Positions 21,127 through 30,793 of a DNA stretch of 45,632 nt are shown in pieces. The stretch lies in NCBI GenBank assembly GCA_013153685.1, contig JAADDX010000083.1:1-45632 (forward strand). The letters are read 5' to 3'. The DNA is from Campylobacterota bacterium (GTDB taxonomy: Bacteria; Campylobacterota; Campylobacteria; Campylobacterales; JAADDX01). The notes under the pieces are model-generated. The model searched no databases. It was not told the origin of the DNA and worked only from the letters and a program-made list of their open reading frames with translations. Each line of letters starts with the position of its first letter. The stretch's first letter is position 1. Position numbers and translations under genes: made by a program.

Positions 21127-21793
21127 TGCACACCCTTATTTAAAACAACTAAAATGCCTCTATGTAGAAGATGAGGAAATGATTAGAGGCTCTTTTAGCA
21201 AACTATTACAAAAACACTTCAAAGAAGTAATCGTAGCTACAAACGGACAAGAAGGGATCCAGAAATATACCAACGATATCGATATCGTAATTACCGATAT
21301 TAGAATGCCCCAAATCAGCGGTATTGAGATGGTCAAACAAATCAAAGCCAAAAATCCTTTTGTTTTTGTGATTTTTGTAACTGTGCTAGATGATATGAAA
21401 TACCTCAAAGAAGCGATTAATCTAGGGGTTGAGGGATATATTAGCAAGCCGGTGGAATTTAATAAACTCATAGACAAGCTCAATCAACTTGCAGAAATAT
21501 TAGAACAAAAACATAACACCAAAAAACTCTTAACACTCCTTCAAGAGATTTTTGATACACAACCAACACCGATGATTTTATTACAAAATCAACAAATCAA
21601 GCTTGCAAATCAAGCTTTTAGCAAATTATTTAGCGATGTAAAAACGATAGAAGATTTGAATGAATATTTCCATATTGACTATACCAAACAAAGCCAAAGC
21701 ATCACAATCTATTACGAAAACAAAGAGATGTTGTTGAATATCTTTATTAGAAAGATTGATGATACGTTTTGTTTGATTTCGTTTAAAATCTAA
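21116..21793 (+). CDS. Response regulator (receiver plus short PAS-like tail, no recognisable DNA-binding domain)
   Basis: LYVEDE, TDIRMP (phospho-Asp), FVT, ISKP; tail PMILLQNQQIKLANQAF is PAS-like. Start 21110 or 21116. Confidence 0.88.
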   Translation: MRTDAHPYLKQLKCLYVEDEEMIRGSFSKLLQKHFKEVIVATNGQEGIQKYTNDIDIVITDIRMPQISGIEMVKQIKAKNPFVFVIFVTVLDDMKYLKEAINLGVEGYISKPVEFNKLIDKLNQLAEILEQKHNTKKLLTLLQEIFDTQPTPMILLQNQQIKLANQAFSKLFSDVKTIEDLNEYFHIDYTKQSQSITIYYENKEMLLNIFIRKIDDTFCLISFKI

Positions 21794-21802
21794 AGGATTC
21801 GT

Positions 21803-23338
21803 GTGAGAGTATTGTGGTTATTGATGTGGGTGGTATTTTTATTTGGTGCAGATAATAACACCACAATTGAACAACTAACACACAACCTACAATCAATCGA
21901 TAAAAAACTCTATGAGATGGATTTTTATGTAAAGTATGAAAATTACCAAAAATTACTTCAATTACAACAAGCCTTGGAGCTTATCCAAAAAGAGATTATC
22001 AAGCTCAAAAGACACAGACAAACATACAAAATCAAAAAACAACTCGACACTCTCAAACTCAAACAAATCGCTTACAAAAAGCAACTCGAGATAATGAGTG
22101 GCGGTAAAGACAATTTATTTGACGCACTAATTTCCATCTCACCACTACCAAAACCGTTTAGTATAACCAATCCATTTGCGATTTTCAGTGCTATTACCTA
22201 TATCAAAAACATCCACGAAACTATCAAAAAATACGAAGAAAAATACAAAGAACTAGATACGATTATCGAACTACTAAATCAAAAAATGGCTTTATACAAA
22301 AGCCTACATAAAAATTACGCCGATATCTACCAAACTATCCAAGATTTTACTCTCGCTAAGAGTATCTATTACTCAAAGCTTATGCAGCTCAAAACAGAAG
22401 CCAAGCTGTATATCCAAACGATGAAAAATGAAGAAAAAGCACAAATACAAAAGCTTATCACATTAATTATCACCATTTTTATTTCGGTGTTTGTATTTAC
22501 ATTGGTAAAGATGGCTTTTAGGAAATATGCTAACAATCTAGAAAATATCTATCTTATCAACAAAGTGATAAATTTCCTCAATTTCTCCGTAATTGTGTTG
22601 ATTGTGGCGTTTTTTTATATCGATAACGCTACTTATTTGATCACTATCTTGGGGTTTGCATCAGCAGGGATTGCAATTGCAATGAAAGATTGGTTTATGA
22701 ATATTTTTGGTTGGTTTGTAATATTAATTACCGGAAATTTCAAAGTAGGAGATAGAATCAAAATCATACTACAAAATGGGCAAGTAGAAGTGATAGGAGA
22801 TATTATAGATATTACCGCATCAAGGATAGTTATCCACGAAGATGTCACGCTTACAACATTTATCAAAAATAGAAGAGCTGGTAGAATCATATTCGTACCA
22901 AACAATGTCATTTTCACCAATCCAATCTTCAACTACACCCACAATGGTCTAAAAGCTGTGTGGGATGGAATCGATATTACAATCACATTCGACTCTGATT
23001 ACAAAAGAGCGGAATATCTAGCTAGGGAAATTACCAAAAAATATTCCAAAGGATATACAGACATTACTAGAAAACAGCTCAACAAATTAAGAAATGTCTA
23101 CAATATCAAAAATACCCAAGTAGAACCACGAATCTACACCTTCATAGGGGAGTATGGGATTGTGATTAGTTGTTGGTATCTAAACAACTACGCCACACTC
23201 AATCTACGCAGTAAAATTAGTGCGGAAATATTAGAAGCATTTAGAAACGAGAAAAATATCAAAATCGCATACAATACCATCGATATCAAGGTCAAAGATG
23301 AACAACCTTCTCAAACTAAAACATTTATACAACCTTAA
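21803..23338 (+). CDS. MscS-family mechanosensitive channel with N-terminal periplasmic coiled coil
   Basis: Signal peptide, coiled-coil region, 3 TMs with LGFASAGIAIAMKD, FKVGDRI, GRIIFVPNN. Confidence 0.88.
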   Translation: MRVLWLLMWVVFLFGADNNTTIEQLTHNLQSIDKKLYEMDFYVKYENYQKLLQLQQALELIQKEIIKLKRHRQTYKIKKQLDTLKLKQIAYKKQLEIMSGGKDNLFDALISISPLPKPFSITNPFAIFSAITYIKNIHETIKKYEEKYKELDTIIELLNQKMALYKSLHKNYADIYQTIQDFTLAKSIYYSKLMQLKTEAKLYIQTMKNEEKAQIQKLITLIITIFISVFVFTLVKMAFRKYANNLENIYLINKVINFLNFSVIVLIVAFFYIDNATYLITILGFASAGIAIAMKDWFMNIFGWFVILITGNFKVGDRIKIILQNGQVEVIGDIIDITASRIVIHEDVTLTTFIKNRRAGRIIFVPNNVIFTNPIFNYTHNGLKAVWDGIDITITFDSDYKRAEYLAREITKKYSKGYTDITRKQLNKLRNVYNIKNTQVEPRIYTFIGEYGIVISCWYLNNYATLNLRSKISAEILEAFRNEKNIKIAYNTIDIKVKDEQPSQTKTFIQP

Positions 23339-23939
23339 ATTTCTTAATGAGGAATACTTCGAAGGGTTTGAGATACAAAACGAGATACAAATCCCAAATG
23401 ATTATGAAGAATTAAAACAACTCGTCTCAAATTGCCGCCTATGTCCTCTATCACATCAACGCACTAACGTCGTATTTGGAGAAGGCAATCTCAAAGCTCA
23501 ACTTATGCTAATAGGAGAAGCTCCTGGTAGAGAGGAAGATTTGCAAGGTAGACCGTTTGTAGGGCGAAGCGGAGAGATGCTTACTAAAATGCTCAAAAAT
23601 GTCTTGGCATTGGATAGAAGTGAGGTGTATATCGCAAATATTATCAAATGCAGACCACCATTTAATCGAGATCCAAATATGGAGGAAATTGAAAATTGCA
23701 AACATTATCTTATCAAACAAATAGAAATTATCCAACCCAAACTCATAGTTACCCTAGGAAGAGTTGCGTTTAGTGCACTTTTAAATGATACGACACCTAT
23801 TACAAAGGCTAGAGGAAAGGTGTATAGTTTTATGGGAATCAAAGTCATCCCCACATTTCACCCTAGTTATTTATTGCGAAATCCATCCAAAAAGCGGGAT
23901 GCTTTGGAGGATCTAAACTTCATCAAAAGATTTTTATAA
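23298..23939 (+). CDS. Uracil-DNA glycosylase family 4 ([4Fe-4S])
   Basis: CRLCPL, GEAPGREED..GRPFVG, NIIKCRPP, TFHPSYLLRNP. Confidence 0.93.
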   Translation: MNNLLKLKHLYNLKFLNEEYFEGFEIQNEIQIPNDYEELKQLVSNCRLCPLSHQRTNVVFGEGNLKAQLMLIGEAPGREEDLQGRPFVGRSGEMLTKMLKNVLALDRSEVYIANIIKCRPPFNRDPNMEEIENCKHYLIKQIEIIQPKLIVTLGRVAFSALLNDTTPITKARGKVYSFMGIKVIPTFHPSYLLRNPSKKRDALEDLNFIKRFL

Positions 23940-23948
23940 AGATTGCTT

Positions 23949-24569
23949 ATGAGGTTTGATAGATGCAAAAGACTATTTGACAACTTTGATGAACTACAGC
24001 AATTACAAATCCTAATATGCGGTCTTGGTGGAGTTGGAGGATATGCACTAGATTGCCTATATAAAAGTGGTATTTGCAATATTACCGCTATTGATTATGA
24101 TATATTTGAGATACACAATCAAAACAGACAAATCGGTAGTGAATACGTGCATGAGAAGAAGACTGCCGTATTTCAAAAGCTATACCCAAATATACACACC
24201 ATAGATGTCAAAATCACTCCACAATGGCTAGAGGAATTTGATATAGGACAGTTTGATATAGTAATTGATGCAATTGATGATATTCCAGCTAAAATCGCTC
24301 TTATTAAAAAAGCATATCCCAATATAATCTCATCGATGGGAGCGGCAAAAAGGATTGATCCTACCAAAATCGAAATTACCACACTTAATAAAACTTATAA
24401 TGACCCTTTTGCAAAAGTAATCAGACAAAAACTCAAAAATTACAAAAAATTACAAGTCGTCTTCTCATCAGAAATACCGCGTTGCAAAGAGATGGGAAGC
24501 TTTATAGGGGTTACTGCTAGCTTTGGAATGGCACTTTGTAGCAGAGTGATTCAACTATATGGTAAATAA
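23949..24569 (+). CDS. tcdA: tRNA threonylcarbamoyladenosine dehydratase (ThiF/E1 family)
   Basis: GLGGVGG, NQNRQI, VIDAIDDIPAK, SSMGAA, DPFAK, VVFSSE, GS..GVTASFG. Confidence 0.85.
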   Translation: MRFDRCKRLFDNFDELQQLQILICGLGGVGGYALDCLYKSGICNITAIDYDIFEIHNQNRQIGSEYVHEKKTAVFQKLYPNIHTIDVKITPQWLEEFDIGQFDIVIDAIDDIPAKIALIKKAYPNIISSMGAAKRIDPTKIEITTLNKTYNDPFAKVIRQKLKNYKKLQVVFSSEIPRCKEMGSFIGVTASFGMALCSRVIQLYGK

Positions 24570-25270
24570 CCTCCTTGCCAAATATATACCAACATCCCCC
24601 CAAGTGTCAAAAACGGAATAAAAGGCAATTCATATTCCTTCTTTTTGTAGATATAATAAACTGCGGGCAAAATAGCTAATATAGCAGATAAAAATATAGC
24701 ATACAAAGCTGAGTGTATCCCAAGCAGTGCGGCTAATGTTGCAAATATCAAAATATCGCCCTCACCCATCGCCTCTTTTTGTAAAATCGCACTTAAATAA
24801 TCCCGCAAAAACACGGCACCTCCCGCAAATAATAAAGCATTTTTGATAGTAGTTATCACATCAACATGACTAAATAATGCAAACGTCAAAGGCACTACAT
24901 TCATCACATAACTAATCGCTTTGTATCTCAAGTCGATAAAACTTGCCACAATCAAACTATAAAAACTCAAAAGAGTGCACAAAGCATACCAACTAATCCC
25001 CTCTTTGTAATACACGCAAACAGTAATAACGGCGGATATTATCTCAACTACAATATATTGGTAGGAAATTGGCATTTTACAATACGCACACTTTCCTCTT
25101 AGTAAGATAAATGATAAAATAGGGATATTATGATACCACTTAAGGGGGGTATTGCATTTGGGGCAGTGACTATTTGGATATACGACACTCTTACCTTGTG
25201 GATATCTAATAATCACTACATTCAAAAAACTCCCGATTATCGCACCAAATAAAAAAACCAAAAAACCCAT
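24551..25270 (-). CDS. Prepilin peptidase (A24 family, PilD-like)
   Basis: GSFLNVVI.R.P, CPKC and CAYC Zn motifs, catalytic Asp in FIDL and MGEGD, LPFIPFL. Start moved to ATG 25270 (TGATG overlap). Confidence 0.92.
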   Translation of the reverse strand: MGFLVFLFGAIIGSFLNVVIIRYPQGKSVVYPNSHCPKCNTPLKWYHNIPILSFILLRGKCAYCKMPISYQYIVVEIISAVITVCVYYKEGISWYALCTLLSFYSLIVASFIDLRYKAISYVMNVVPLTFALFSHVDVITTIKNALLFAGGAVFLRDYLSAILQKEAMGEGDILIFATLAALLGIHSALYAIFLSAILAILPAVYYIYKKKEYELPFIPFLTLGGMLVYIWQGGYLPYS

Positions 25271-25938
25271 CAAATACCTCCAAACCTTCGTTCTCTTTTT
25301 TTGTATTGGTTGATGATATCCTCCAACTCCTCTGGAGTAAAATCGGGCCACAAAGTAGATGTAAAATGCATCTCGGCATATGCTATTTGCCATAAGAGGA
25401 AATTACTAACTCGCACTTCTCCACTAGTGCGAATTAGCAAATCTACATCCGGTATATTTGCAGTATCCAAACACTGCACGAAATTCTCCTCACTCACCTC
25501 CAATCCCAAACGACACAGTTTCTTAATAGCACGCAAAATCTCATCTTGTGAGCCGTAATTTAGGGCTAAAATTTGAGTTAATTTAGTAAAGTGCTTAGTC
25601 TTTTCTTTGGTTGTTTGGATCCGTTTTTGGAGTTTGGGGCTAAATTTGGAAATATCGCCTATAACATCGAATTTTACTTCGTTTTTGATATATGTCTCAA
25701 GTTCTTTTTTGAGCCAATTATCCAACAACTTCATCAAAAATTCCACTTCCATCTTCGGTCTTTTCCAATTTTCTGTCGAAAAAGCATACAAAGTTAAATA
25801 TTGAATATCTGGATGATTAGCGGCATATGTAGTGATTTGTTTGACTACATCAGCACCTTTTTTGTGTCCTTCGATTCGTGGTTTGTTTTGTTTTTGTGCC
25901 CAACGACCATTTCCATCCATAATAATTGCTACATGCAT
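25270..25938 (-). CDS. uppS: Undecaprenyl pyrophosphate synthase
   Basis: HVAIIMDGNGRWA, YAFSTENWKRP, IRTSGE.R.SNFLLWQ, RRFGG. Confidence 0.97.
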   Translation of the reverse strand: MHVAIIMDGNGRWAQKQNKPRIEGHKKGADVVKQITTYAANHPDIQYLTLYAFSTENWKRPKMEVEFLMKLLDNWLKKELETYIKNEVKFDVIGDISKFSPKLQKRIQTTKEKTKHFTKLTQILALNYGSQDEILRAIKKLCRLGLEVSEENFVQCLDTANIPDVDLLIRTSGEVRVSNFLLWQIAYAEMHFTSTLWPDFTPEELEDIINQYKKRERRFGGI

Positions 25939-25940
25939 TG

Positions 25941-26663
25941 TTATACCTTTAGATTGAGTAATGAATTTGTCTGTGTGACTTCAAATAATGGTGGAGGAGT
26001 ATCTTGCTTGAGAGTTACATTCATATGCAATTGCTCAATGTGTTTTTGGAGGAAATTTAACGAATTTAAAAACTCCACTATCAAAGTCAAATACAATTCA
26101 TCAGCCAAATAAATCTCCCCTCCTATTGCACCTAGATGTTCAAAATACCCCCAAAATGACAATTTTTGTTTTTTAGTAGGCTTCATTTGAATGATAGCTT
26201 TTGTTTTATCTTTGATAAACAGATGTTTGATGTTTTGATTAAATGCCAAGAACAATTGCGAATAAAACAAAAACTCCTCTTTATTGTTAGCATTTGCTAG
26301 GTGATGCATTAGAAATTGTTTGTATTTTTCGTTGCTTTGTAATGGGTCATCTTCTAATAGATCATCCACACTATAAGTGATACTATCGGGAAATTTCATA
26401 AAAATATTTGGGATTTTATGCAAATTTTTAATCTCTATCTTATCTCCGTGTTGCGTTACTATAGCTTTGTATTGTCTACCTACTTCAAGTGGTGTATATG
26501 AACGTGTCTCTAGCTCTTTATTTCCAAGCTTAAGCAAATATCTGATAGGATTGAGCTGTTTTTTAACCGTGATATTAAGAGGTAAAGTAGCATTAAACTC
26601 CGCTGGCATATTCAAGCGATTGGCTGCTTTTAGAATCTTACCTACTTGCGAGATATCAAACAT
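25941..26663 (-). CDS. Conserved hypothetical protein (C. jejuni Cj0823-like position between coaBC and uppS)
   Basis: 240-aa ORF coupled to both neighbours; FNATLP and LKLGNKELETRS; possible FliK-like C-terminus. Confidence 0.7.
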   Translation of the reverse strand: MFDISQVGKILKAANRLNMPAEFNATLPLNITVKKQLNPIRYLLKLGNKELETRSYTPLEVGRQYKAIVTQHGDKIEIKNLHKIPNIFMKFPDSITYSVDDLLEDDPLQSNEKYKQFLMHHLANANNKEEFLFYSQLFLAFNQNIKHLFIKDKTKAIIQMKPTKKQKLSFWGYFEHLGAIGGEIYLADELYLTLIVEFLNSLNFLQKHIEQLHMNVTLKQDTPPPLFEVTQTNSLLNLKV

Positions 26664-27792
26664 CCAAACTCTCTTTGATAATCTGATTGGCGATAGTAAA
26701 TTTGTCGTTTTGTGATAATATCACCTCTTTATCTTTGCTAATAAAAATCACTTCATTCGTATCACTCCCAAAGTCATTTTTAGTTAGCAAATTCAAACAA
26801 ATAGCATCACATTGTTTTTGGACTAAAGCTTTTTTGGCATACATAAGGGCATTCTCTTCATCCCTCTCAGCCTTAAATCCTATTTTCTTAATTCCATGTA
26901 TGCTTGCTAAAATATCTGGATTTTGAGTCAAATGAAGTGTTAGAGGCTGATTTGTCTTTTTAATCTTTCCGCGAACATATTGTGGTGCATAATCACTCAC
27001 AGCAGCAGCCATAAACAAATACTCACATCGACTCACAAGCTCATCTAAAATTGCCTTAAGTGAAGCTGCGGATGTGTATTTTACAACCTCGATATCCTTT
27101 GGCAAAGATGTATCTTTAGAGGTAACTAAAATAACATTAGCACCTTGTATATACAAAGCCAAAGCCAGAGCATTAGCCATTTTACCAGTAGAGAAGTTAG
27201 AGATATATCTTACATCATCAATCTTTTCTATACTTCCTCCTCCAGTAACAATAACATTCACCCCTTTATATAATCCCGCTGATGTAAGACGCAAAGCTTT
27301 GTAGAAAATATCCTTTACATCCGCCATCTTACCAACCCCCTCATCTTGGCATGCCAGCAAGCCCTCTTGAGCATGAATCACGTTTGGTAGATGTTGCAAT
27401 GCCTTTTGGGTAGTGGGATGTAGATACATATTGGTATTTGCAGCTGGGGCTATTAATACTGGTTTATTACACGCTAGATATACCTGCAATAATAAATTAT
27501 CCGCAATTCCACAATAAAGCTTATTTACGGTATTAGCCGTAGCCGGTGCGATAATAAAAATATCCGCCCATTTTGCGATATCTATGTGATTGTACTCATC
27601 CGCCCAACTCTCGCTTTGTGAAGTGAGGACTTTATTATGTGTGAGAGATTCAAAAGTCAAGGGCGTAATAAAACGACTCGCAGCCTCGCTCATCACCACC
27701 CTCACCTCATCACCGTTTTTGATAAACAATCTAATCAATTCCAACGTTTTATAAATAGCGATACTACCGCTTACTCCAATTAACACATTCAT
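26656..27792 (-). CDS. coaBC: Phosphopantothenoylcysteine decarboxylase / ligase
   Basis: GVSGSIAIYK, APATANT, APAANTNM, LAC...G.GKMA, IDDVRYISNFSTGKM, AAAVSDY, GFKAE. Confidence 0.95.
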   Translation of the reverse strand: MNVLIGVSGSIAIYKTLELIRLFIKNGDEVRVVMSEAASRFITPLTFESLTHNKVLTSQSESWADEYNHIDIAKWADIFIIAPATANTVNKLYCGIADNLLLQVYLACNKPVLIAPAANTNMYLHPTTQKALQHLPNVIHAQEGLLACQDEGVGKMADVKDIFYKALRLTSAGLYKGVNVIVTGGGSIEKIDDVRYISNFSTGKMANALALALYIQGANVILVTSKDTSLPKDIEVVKYTSAASLKAILDELVSRCEYLFMAAAVSDYAPQYVRGKIKKTNQPLTLHLTQNPDILASIHGIKKIGFKAERDEENALMYAKKALVQKQCDAICLNLLTKNDFGSDTNEVIFISKDKEVILSQNDKFTIANQIIKESLDV

Positions 27793-28418
27793 CTCATATC
27801 CTTGCTTAAACGTTTGTTTATGAGGTTGACACTCAATAAAATGATAAAACTAAAAATCAACATTATGATACTATAAACATTTGCCAAATGATAATCCAGC
27901 GTCTCCGTACACTCATAAATCGCTATACTAGCTACTTTCGTCACGCCATCAATATTTCCACCCACCATCAACACCACTCCAAATTCGCCCATAGTATGAC
28001 CAAAAGCAATCACACTCGCACTAAACAAAACCGGCTTGATATTTGGGATAATTACTCTAATTAATGTTTGAATTTTGGTTTTTTTAAGACTATAGCTTGC
28101 CTCTATCAAACTTCTATCAAAATGCTCAATGGCCGCCAAAATTGGATTAAACATAAATGGAAATGAATAAATAACAGATGCTATCAAAATCCCAACAAAA
28201 CTAAACGCCAAATTCGCCCATCCAAGCGTAATTAACAAATAATACCCAAGTACCGTCGGAGGCAATACAATCGGCAATGAAAAAACACTCTCTATAATCG
28301 TCTTAAACTTTCCTTGATAATTTGCCATCACAAATGCCAAAGGCACTGATATAACAAGCAAAATTACAGTAGTTAAAAAAGACAACTTAAAAGAAACAAC
28401 AAACGGAGTAAAATCCAT
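27789..28418 (-). CDS. modB: Molybdate ABC transporter permease
   Basis: LPIVLPPTVLGYYLL, EAA-loop-like LIEASYSL, FGHTMGEFGVVLMVGGNI.G.TKVASIAIY. Confidence 0.9.
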   Translation of the reverse strand: MDFTPFVVSFKLSFLTTVILLVISVPLAFVMANYQGKFKTIIESVFSLPIVLPPTVLGYYLLITLGWANLAFSFVGILIASVIYSFPFMFNPILAAIEHFDRSLIEASYSLKKTKIQTLIRVIIPNIKPVLFSASVIAFGHTMGEFGVVLMVGGNIDGVTKVASIAIYECTETLDYHLANVYSIIMLIFSFIILLSVNLINKRLSKDMR

Positions 28419-28918
28419 TAGTGTAAAGCTTTTTCTACTTTATTGATATATTGATCTTGTTTGGTAGTCACATCTTGATGAGTTATTTTGGCATATATCA
28501 CAGGCCAAAACAAAAATATCACCATAAATACACCAAACAAAGCAGCCGCTATACTATTTCCACCCCTTTTAGCTAAGCATTGTTTATCTATTGGTTGGTT
28601 GCAGTGTTCTATATCTCTATCAATCTTATTGGCTAACATAAAGTAAAAATAAAATCCAACTAATAAATTTGGGGTAATTAATCCCAACAACAAAAACAGA
28701 TAACTATGCAAAATAAACCCGATTTGCACTAGCAACAAGGAAATAATAATCACCGCTAGGCTTTCTAAATATGCCTTTTTATACAATAAATAAAACCATC
28801 CAAACAAAAATCCATATAGATTAAAAATCGCTTTTAGTTTATTATCCTTCATAAACATCTGCACATACTTAACCTCTTCATCACTCAAAGATGGACTGTG
28901 TATCTTAATGTAATCCAT
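28418..28918 (-). CDS. Membrane protein (DUF2628-like)
   Basis: FNLYGFLFGWFYLLYKKAY and KRGG.S motifs; several TM segments. Confidence 0.65.
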   Translation of the reverse strand: MDYIKIHSPSLSDEEVKYVQMFMKDNKLKAIFNLYGFLFGWFYLLYKKAYLESLAVIIISLLLVQIGFILHSYLFLLLGLITPNLLVGFYFYFMLANKIDRDIEHCNQPIDKQCLAKRGGNSIAAALFGVFMVIFLFWPVIYAKITHQDVTTKQDQYINKVEKALH

Positions 28919-29288
28919 AAAGACTCCTTTTTATATTTTCAACATCATCTTGATTTAATACGCCATTTTGCACCAACGGAGTGATTTTGGCTAAAAATTC
29001 CTCCTTATGTGGAGTTCTGATCTTGGCTATTAAGACGTTTTTTTGATATTCATACTCCTCTTGTGAAATCATACCATTTTTATATAGCTTATGCAAATCC
29101 AACATTTTTCTCGAAAAGCTCTCAGGTGTGGTATTTATCACGTATTCTAACAACAACAAAAACAGCAATGTAAACAAAGGTGAAAAGAAAAAAGCCGCAA
29201 ATGACCAAATCCAAAAACTTCTATTGAACTTTTTATATGCAATTAAACCAACAAACATACATATAATACCAAATGCAATCCACACCAT
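28905..29288 (-). CDS. Membrane protein with SHOCT-like domain(s)
   Basis: Two N-terminal TMs; LHKLYKNGMISQEEYEYQK (SHOCT-like) and a second LVQNGVLNQDD. Confidence 0.7.
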   Translation of the reverse strand: MVWIAFGIICMFVGLIAYKKFNRSFWIWSFAAFFFSPLFTLLFLLLLEYVINTTPESFSRKMLDLHKLYKNGMISQEEYEYQKNVLIAKIRTPHKEEFLAKITPLVQNGVLNQDDVENIKRSLYGLH

Positions 29289-29404
29289 ATCGCCTTTTTT
29301 AGTGTAATTATATCCAAAATCAACAAATAACTCAACAAACTAGCCTTTAGGATTTGAGTTATCTTTACAAATAGAGTATAATTCTATCAAAAAAGGAGAA
29401 ACAA

Positions 29405-29767
29405 ATGAGAATCGTAATCCCTACTCACGATAACAACGGTTTGGATTCGAAAATGGGTGCTCATTTTGGAAAAGCCAATTATTATACTATCGTAGATGTG
29501 CAAGATGATACTATATCAGATATCCAAAGCGTAGAAAACAAAGGGCATAGTGGCGGATGTTCAAATGCTGTTGCTAATATCTTATCTTTACAACCGGATG
29601 TGCTTATTGTAGTAGGTATAGGACCCAATCCGGCTATGGGATTTTACAAAGCTAATTTGCCGGTATTTGTAGACCAACAAAGCACTAACGTAAAACAAAG
29701 CATAGAAAAGTTACTAAACAACCAACTTCCTCGCGTTATGATGCAAGGCACATGCAAAAGCAAATAA
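29405..29767 (+). CDS. NifB/NifX-family (FeMo-cofactor-binding fold) small protein
   Basis: MRIVIP, HFGKA.YY.IVD, VEN, GHSGGC, DVLIV.GIG. Confidence 0.85.
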   Translation: MRIVIPTHDNNGLDSKMGAHFGKANYYTIVDVQDDTISDIQSVENKGHSGGCSNAVANILSLQPDVLIVVGIGPNPAMGFYKANLPVFVDQQSTNVKQSIEKLLNNQLPRVMMQGTCKSK

Positions 29768-29770
29768 ATT

Positions 29771-29779
29771 TGCTATAAT
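29771..29779 (+). promoter_or_regulatory. Extended -10 (TGcTATAAT) for folD
   Basis: Exact TGnTATAAT 25 nt upstream of the ATG. Confidence 0.55.
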
Positions 29780-29804
29780 ACAAAAAAATTTCAAAGGAAT
29801 ATTA

Positions 29805-30650
29805 ATGACTATACTTGATGGTAAGAAATTGTCCGATAAAATCAAAACTCAAATCAAACATGAAACGCAGCTTCTCAAACAACAAGGCATCACCCCTGGA
29901 TTAGCCGTAATTTTAGTGGGTGAAGATGAAGCGAGTAAAGTTTATGTAGGGATGAAAGAAAAAGCATGTCAAGCAAGCGGTATTTACAGTAAAGTATACA
30001 AATTTCCACAAACCATCTCTCAAGATGAGCTTCTAAATACAATTAATCAAATCAACAACGACGATACTATTGATGGATTATTAGTGCAATTACCTCTACC
30101 TCCGCACATCAATACCACAGAAATATTACAAGCCATAGACCCTAGCAAAGACGTAGACGGATTTCATCCATACAATGTAGGAAGGTTAGTAGCCGGACTT
30201 GATAGCTTTGCTCCTTGTACGCCTCTTGGAGTGATGGAATTATTCAAAGAATACGGTATCGATGTCAAAGGGCAAGACGCATGCGTAGTAGGTGCTAGCA
30301 ACATCGTAGGAAAGCCGATGCAAGCGTTGTTATTGAATGAATTTGCGACTGTTGATATCTGCCATATCTACACTAAAAACTTAGCAGAACACACCAAAAG
30401 AGCGGATATTGTTATAGTAGGAGTCGGTAAAATCAATCTAATTACGGCAGATATGGTAAAAGACGGTGCAATTGTAGTAGATATAGGTATCAACAAAACA
30501 AAAGACGGTAAGCTTGTAGGTGATGTAGATTTCAAAAACGTAAGCAAAAAAGCAAGCTTTATTACACCAGTACCAGGAGGTGTAGGACCTATGACTATTG
30601 CTATGTTGCTCAAAAATACTATCAAAGCCGCTAAATTACACCTTAAATAA
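29805..30650 (+). CDS. folD: Methylenetetrahydrofolate dehydrogenase / cyclohydrolase
   Basis: PGLAVILVG, LVQLPLP, KDVDGFHP, PCTP.G, SNIVGKP, TPVPGGVGPMT. Confidence 0.97.
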   Translation: MTILDGKKLSDKIKTQIKHETQLLKQQGITPGLAVILVGEDEASKVYVGMKEKACQASGIYSKVYKFPQTISQDELLNTINQINNDDTIDGLLVQLPLPPHINTTEILQAIDPSKDVDGFHPYNVGRLVAGLDSFAPCTPLGVMELFKEYGIDVKGQDACVVGASNIVGKPMQALLLNEFATVDICHIYTKNLAEHTKRADIVIVGVGKINLITADMVKDGAIVVDIGINKTKDGKLVGDVDFKNVSKKASFITPVPGGVGPMTIAMLLKNTIKAAKLHLK

Positions 30651-30793
30651 ACCTTCTAAGCCTTTTGGCTTGCCAATCATAAGTTTAATAATCATATTTC
30701 CATGTGTTTTGGTAAATTGGATTCCAAAATGTAACATCTATCGATAATTTTAACCTTTTTTTCATACAAATTCCCAAATAGATGATAATTATT

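Noticed and set aside
29405-29767. NifX-like gene as evidence of nitrogen fixation
   Set aside because: Stand-alone members are common in non-diazotrophs; there is no nifHDK in the window.
30658-30671. AAGCC-TTTT-GGCTT hairpin after folD as a terminator
   Set aside because: Only a 5-bp stem with no U-tract; too weak to call.
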